Shown here: positions 59,709 to 64,000 of the stretch, in pieces
Position numbering within the stretch: the first letter of the stretch is position 1
Layout: the number at the start of each line of letters is the position of its first letter
Assembly: GCA_965140415.1 (NCBI GenBank)
Contig: OZ223209.1
Location: 64,001-128,000 of the forward strand
Direction of reading: 5' to 3'
Length of the DNA stretch: 64,000 nt
DNA from: Myxococcota bacterium
Lineage (GTDB): Bacteria > Myxococcota_A > SURF-8
Translations under genes and position numbers: made by a program
Notes under the pieces: generated by a model
Seen by the model: the letters and a program-made list of their open reading frames with translations, nothing else
What the model was told of the DNA's origin: nothing
The model's database searches: none

Positions 59709-59724
59709 TGCGAAGACCGTGCCA
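59709..59724 (-). promoter_or_regulatory. sigma54 (-24/-12) promoter candidate
   Basis: Minus strand TGGCACGGTCTTCGCA, with GG and GC at canonical spacing. Confidence 0.55.
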
Positions 59725-60051
59725 AGCTAAAATGAATCCAAATTTGCCGTTTCTATATCCGTTTTACCTGTTTTGGATGATCCAACATGGTAGGAAGAGG
59801 TGCAATAGCCTAGTTTTATGATAGGAAATACATGAAACACAAATTGGATGTATACCAATATCAAATTTGGATACACCTCACAAATGGACAAAAACGCAAA
59901 TTGTTACCAAAGTGTTTCCGATACTCTGTAATAATTCCAGGAATATATTATCCAATTTAGTTGATTTTATTGAATATTGTAAATAGTAAGCTGAAATTAT
60001 TAATCTTTTTATGTCTTTAGGAGAGATCTTAAATAGTATTTACGGATTACG

Positions 60052-60108
60052 GATGGAGTGGGGTCTCATCCTGTTCGCAACATTTCGGATCAGGAACGAA
60101 TCCCGATT
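60052..60108. repeat. degenerate, empty copy of the REP hairpin-A doublet
   Basis: GATGGAGTGGGGTCTCATCCTGTTCGCAACATTTCGGATCAGGAACGAATCCCG aligns with the reconstructed target GATGGATCAGGATTATATCCTGAACCGAAACATTTCGAGCTGGATTGCAATCCC. Confidence 0.55.
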
Positions 60109-60336
60109 TACTACTTGGATGCATCAAGGCTCCCACCTTGAATCATCGGTTTACGGTCGGTTATTTTCTCCCAACTATGAAAACAACCACATTTTATAAA
60201 AGTCTTGTTGTTCAAGGCGATTGCATTGTGCGTTTGAGATGTGTACACTGTTTCGATATGTAAGCGAAATGAGGCTGTCTGATTCGATCCGTCCCTGCTG
60301 CATTCGAAAGAGGGAAAAAGCGAAGGAAAAGGGCAG

Positions 60337-61362
60337 ATGAGCAAACATCTATTTCCGACCATCCGTTGCCCCTTGTGTCAGGACTGGGAAATTTGTCGTG
60401 CCTCGATCAAACAGGATCTGGTCGATACGCAACTCTGCTATCGCTACCGCCGTGAAATTCACCTGGGACGTGTTCAGGAACATTTCCAATTTTTGCGTGA
60501 AAGAGCCGAATTACCCAAGTATCCCTTTTGGGATATGGAAGACCGCCTGCTCGATCATCTCTCCGACGCCCAGAAAAAGTTTTCCTTTTTACTTGAATTT
60601 TCCTATTCAAGCCTTTTTGGACAACCCTCCTGCTATCGCTTTTCCTACGCCTTTCCCGAATTTGGTATGGGCCGGGTAGCCGAAGAAATGCGGGCCATGA
60701 TCGAGATGCTCCAGCCGTTCGGGCAAGCTCCATTGGCTATCTTGAAACAGCTCTTGGCTTTAGCGCAGCCAGGTGAGCTTTCACAACTTCTACTGGGAAT
60801 CGATGCAACCCATGACGCAACGCGCTTTAAGTTGTACTATCAGTTCGAACCCGGCATTCCACGGCCCAAGTTTACCTTGCTATTGAAGTTACTCCCCTCC
60901 GGGCTACCCAAACATGTCATTGAATCCCTGAATCGATTGCATCTGGTCGGTGTCGATTTCGGAGAGGGCGGCATTCAGCGCGTCAAGCTGTACTTTATGC
61001 ACGATCATCTGTCCGCCTCTCAAGTCCGAGATCGTTTTCAGGATAGTATTGTATTAATGAATCTGCTCAGTAACGGAAATCTGGAAGGTCTGAAGGACTT
61101 CTTGACTATCCAACGCATCGAACGTAGCAAGTGGGGAGATATCAAGCAGGTGCATGAAGTCGATTTTGGATTGATTCCAAATGAAATTACCGCAGAAGCG
61201 GTTGCAGCAGCAGCACAGGACGCCGGCTTTTCAAACACCTTACTTGAATTGCAAGCATTAACGGAAGGCCATCACATGGCGGTAAACCGGGTAAGCGTTC
61301 AGCCCTACGCCTCTTCGAAAGTCAATTTATACTATCTGATTTTGGATGCAGCGACACACTGA
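60337..61362 (+). CDS. hypothetical protein resembling ABBA-fold (LynF/TruF/PatF-like) prenyltransferases
   Basis: LEFS...YRFS, LLGID.....RFKLYY, LVGVDF..GG...VKLYF, terminal KVNLYY; N-terminal CxxCxxxxxC. Confidence 0.5.
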   Translation: MSKHLFPTIRCPLCQDWEICRASIKQDLVDTQLCYRYRREIHLGRVQEHFQFLRERAELPKYPFWDMEDRLLDHLSDAQKKFSFLLEFSYSSLFGQPSCYRFSYAFPEFGMGRVAEEMRAMIEMLQPFGQAPLAILKQLLALAQPGELSQLLLGIDATHDATRFKLYYQFEPGIPRPKFTLLLKLLPSGLPKHVIESLNRLHLVGVDFGEGGIQRVKLYFMHDHLSASQVRDRFQDSIVLMNLLSNGNLEGLKDFLTIQRIERSKWGDIKQVHEVDFGLIPNEITAEAVAAAAQDAGFSNTLLELQALTEGHHMAVNRVSVQPYASSKVNLYYLILDAATH

Positions 61363-61394
61363 GCAACTGTAAAGAAAACAAGAAAAGCGGAATC

Positions 61395-61916
61395 TCAGGT
61401 TTCCAGGTGATCGATCAGCCGTCCACTGGTTTGGCGCAACCGCTGGCTGATCATTTTTGAAATGCGAAACATCATCTTCAATCCGAATTTCGGATTATCA
61501 CTGGCGATATTGTAAACCGCATCTTCGGATAGCACGAGCAATACCGTATCCTGCGCCGCGATTACCGAAGCGGAACGCGGCTCGGAATCGATCATCGACA
61601 TCTCCCCGAAACTGCTGCCTGCTCCAAGAACGCCGATGACGCGCCCCTTCATATGCGAATCGCTTTTAATGATTTGCACTTTCCCCTTCAGCAGTATGCC
61701 CATATACGATTCGCGTGCACCTTCTCGTAAAATCAGTGTTTTCGCCGGAGCTTCGTAAGCGGTGCCATGTCGTGCAAGCAACTCCAGTTGTTTATATTCG
61801 AATTCATCCGCCCAACGAGTATTGAAGAGCAGGTCGCTCAATTGTTTGGTCGTCAATACAGAGCGCTCCAGTCCCGCCGGTTCTTGAGCGACCGATTGCT
61901 TTTTCTGGCCAGTCAT
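61395..61916 (-). CDS. cyclic-nucleotide-binding domain protein (no HTH)
   Basis: ILREG, ILLKGKVQI, GSSFGEMSMIDSEPRSASV; GAGG RBS. Confidence 0.9.
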   Translation of the reverse strand: MTGQKKQSVAQEPAGLERSVLTTKQLSDLLFNTRWADEFEYKQLELLARHGTAYEAPAKTLILREGARESYMGILLKGKVQIIKSDSHMKGRVIGVLGAGSSFGEMSMIDSEPRSASVIAAQDTVLLVLSEDAVYNIASDNPKFGLKMMFRISKMISQRLRQTSGRLIDHLET

Positions 61917-62042
61917 CGTTTTCCTCGTCTTGCCATGCATGTCACAAATTTCAAATCGACATGCGTACTTCCAGTGTGGCTTGAATGTAGCACAGCCATC
62001 GATGAGGAACAAACGTTTTGCAGACCTGTCCTAATTAAAGGA

Positions 62043-62387
62043 CTATTCAAAACGTTGCAGATCGGCAAGACGCATGGGTTTTTCCGTGGTCTCGTTGTGC
62101 TGTACGTTGTCGTTTTGCATGATCGCTGCGGGAGCCAGTTGCGCCTGCCGATCGCGTTGCGTAATGTTTCCCCGGATAAACAGCAGCGTTCCGGCTAAGA
62201 TGGCCAGAAACAACACGAAGGTAATGCACAGGCGAGCGACCAGGTGAGGAATGACATCCCGTTCGGTGTCCAGATCATCGAAAGCGACGGGCTGGCAGGC
62301 GGCTTGATAGTCACTCACGGTCGGACCGTTCTGGAAAAACGTGATGGCGGCATCCACTGCCTGCATGTTCGTCAAGGTGCGTTGCAT
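62043..62387 (-). CDS. hypothetical single-TM protein
   Basis: AAGGAG RBS plus ATG at 62387; one hydrophobic segment. Confidence 0.6.
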   Translation of the reverse strand: MQRTLTNMQAVDAAITFFQNGPTVSDYQAACQPVAFDDLDTERDVIPHLVARLCITFVLFLAILAGTLLFIRGNITQRDRQAQLAPAAIMQNDNVQHNETTEKPMRLADLQRFE

Positions 62388-62681
62388 GTCGGATCTCCTT
62401 ATTCTCGATGTTGTTGAAACCAAAACTTCCTAAAACTTTACATCATTTATATTATACTAAACATAATATCATTAATATTTTCTAAAAACAAGACCAAAAA
62501 GAGTTTTTTTGTCCGATTATTGTTTCGAAGGGAAAACCGGGAAAACGACATAGCCTGAAGTAACCGTAGGCAGCTTGAAACAACACCTGACAGCATCGCC
62601 TTGAAAACTCCCCAACTCACCCGATAGTAAGGAAAGCGGTTTGAAGCACGATCGGGTAGGACGGTAAAGAAAGGCGAAACG

Positions 62682-63530
62682 ATGAACGAAGAATGGAACA
62701 CACTGATCCACATCAGCGATTGTCACAATGGCCAGCATGGCAGCGAAAAGAAAATCGACTTGTTATTACAGACAATCGCCAAACGTCACCCCGACGCCCT
62801 GGTCGTTCATACCGGGGATTGGACCGATAACGGATTCGCATCGGAATACGAGCAGGGGAATCGGCTGCTGGCACAGAACGGCTTTTCATTGTGGATGAAA
62901 AAAGCGCGGTCAGAAAGCGGGCGGTTGCAGTTTGTAAACGTCCCCGGCAACCACGATGTCGGACGTTGGGGAAACTTTTTCGATGCGGCCTGCCGATCCC
63001 GGTTCGTGTCGCGTTTCGCAAAAAATCTGCACTATCCACTTGTTCTTCACAAATGTTGGTTGCCTTTCGATCTGGATCTGATCCTGTTGGATTCCGCCGA
63101 CCGGCAGGACAACGAATGGTTTGCGCGCGGGAAAATCGGGAAACTGCAACTGGACCTGCTGGACCGACATCTTGCCCGCCTCCGTCAACGGCTGCGAGTG
63201 GTCGCCCTGCATCATCATCCTTTCGAACATGGCTACTTCATGGAATTGCAAGATGCCGAACGCCTGGCTTCGGTGTTACGCGGACGTATCGATTTACTGC
63301 TGTTCGGCCATAAACACCAGGCCGCATTCTGGCGCGACCGGCTGGAGCTGCCCGCCGTTTCCGCCGCGCCGAAAAGCCCCGATGCGGGTGGCTATCGCGT
63401 GTTCCATTGGGACGAATCGCGCCGTTTGCACAGTCGATGGATTCTTTTAACTCCATTACAGGAAACACAAACCGGCTTTTCGAATCGGAAAAAGCATCAA
63501 ACGTTTGCAAGTAATGTTGACAGGCTTTAA
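62682..63530 (+). CDS. metallophosphoesterase (Icc/CpdA-like)
   Basis: HISDCH, TGDWTDNG, VPGNHD, LHHHP, FGHKH. Confidence 0.9.
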   Translation: MNEEWNTLIHISDCHNGQHGSEKKIDLLLQTIAKRHPDALVVHTGDWTDNGFASEYEQGNRLLAQNGFSLWMKKARSESGRLQFVNVPGNHDVGRWGNFFDAACRSRFVSRFAKNLHYPLVLHKCWLPFDLDLILLDSADRQDNEWFARGKIGKLQLDLLDRHLARLRQRLRVVALHHHPFEHGYFMELQDAERLASVLRGRIDLLLFGHKHQAAFWRDRLELPAVSAAPKSPDAGGYRVFHWDESRRLHSRWILLTPLQETQTGFSNRKKHQTFASNVDRL

Positions 63531-63545
63531 GACTCCCGTTACATT
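63517..63545 (+). promoter_or_regulatory. sigma70-type promoter candidate
   Basis: TTGACA-17 bp-TACATT upstream of the gene at 63653. Confidence 0.45.
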
Positions 63546-63652
63546 ATTGCCACATCGGATAGGAAAAAATCGTAGCGAAATAGCAGCATTTCACGAATTA
63601 GATTCCATAAGGGAAATTCGGAGTACGATTCTGTAAACAAGGGGAGGAACGG

Positions 63653-64000
63653 ATGAAGCATACCTTAGTGATTTTCCTGTTTGTTCTGTTTCTGTTTGTG
63701 ACCGGTTGTAGCTCCAATTCCGACAACGACCCGGTCGATGGCGACCAGGTTGACGGTGATCAAACCGACGGTGATCAAACTGACGGTGATCAGACTGACG
63801 GCGACCAAACCGATGGCGACCAAGTCGATGGTGATCAAGCCGACGGTGATCAAACTGACGGTGATCAAACGGATGGCGACCAAGTCGACGGCGACCAGAC
63901 TGACGGCGACCAAGTCGATGGTGATCAAACGGATGGTGACCAGACAGACGGCGACCAAGTCGATGGTGACCAGGTTGATGGTGATCAAGTGGATGGTGAC
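63653..64000 (+). CDS. lipoprotein with (DGDQx)n pentapeptide repeats, running off the window (absent from the ORF track)
   Basis: GGGGAGG RBS; MKHTLVIFLFVLFLFVTGCSSNSDNDPV followed by 17 complete DGDQ(V/T/A) units and a final DGD, with no stop. Confidence 0.9.
   Translation, partial: MKHTLVIFLFVLFLFVTGCSSNSDNDPVDGDQVDGDQTDGDQTDGDQTDGDQTDGDQVDGDQADGDQTDGDQTDGDQVDGDQTDGDQVDGDQTDGDQTDGDQVDGDQVDGDQVDGD
63737..64000 (+). repeat. 15-bp coding tandem repeat GAYGGYGAYCAR-NNN
   Basis: 15-bp period, varying mainly at synonymous positions and the fifth codon. Confidence 0.9.

Noticed and set aside
60011-60199. 62-aa ORF as the precursor peptide for the prenyltransferase-like gene
   Set aside because: It spans a degenerate REP copy and has no RBS or leader/core pattern.
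63665-63988. Minus-strand hydrophobic repeat ORF
   Set aside because: It is the antisense of the (DGDQx)n lipoprotein, which has the RBS and lipobox.
63737-64000. Regular repeats as a CRISPR array
   Set aside because: These are 15-bp units with no spacers and codon-position variation inside an open frame, and no cas genes are present.

Overview
A GC-rich bacterial chromosome segment. Its gene content (Cys-rich and Asp-Gly-Asp-linker lipoproteins, FHA/TPR proteins, a sigma54 response regulator) suggests a deltaproteobacterial or Myxococcota-like organism; this is inference. Housekeeping genes include ssb, elbB, tdh-kbl, pepA, acetoacetyl-CoA synthetase, fabD, ugd plus a UDP-uronate epimerase, a deoxynucleoside kinase and a GH4 enzyme. 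Among them lie three intact IS4-family elements, two decayed IS4 elements, two copies of an internally deleted ISAs1-type mini-element, and several families of REP-like palindromes. Main observations: (1) The three intact IS4 copies each sit in the loop of a REP-like hairpin. Two sister transposases use different hairpins of the same composite repeat, with 9-bp versus 10-bp target duplications. (2) A roughly 12-kb block bracketed by inverted ISAs1-derived copies carries a tightly coupled six-gene operon (two twitch/SPASM radical SAM enzymes, RraA-like, ATP-grasp, amidohydrolase, TPR-glycosyltransferase), a cobalamin-dependent radical SAM gene and an S41 peptidase. This is a candidate undescribed sugar-modification or glycosylation pathway. 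(3) At least eight unrelated secreted proteins share DGD-repeat linkers. (4) There is an orphan LynF/TruF-like prenyltransferase candidate. (5) A multi-stem structured leader precedes an AMP-ligase/fabD pair. No rRNA, tRNA or CRISPR array was seen. All family calls come from motif recognition by eye; no database search was run.
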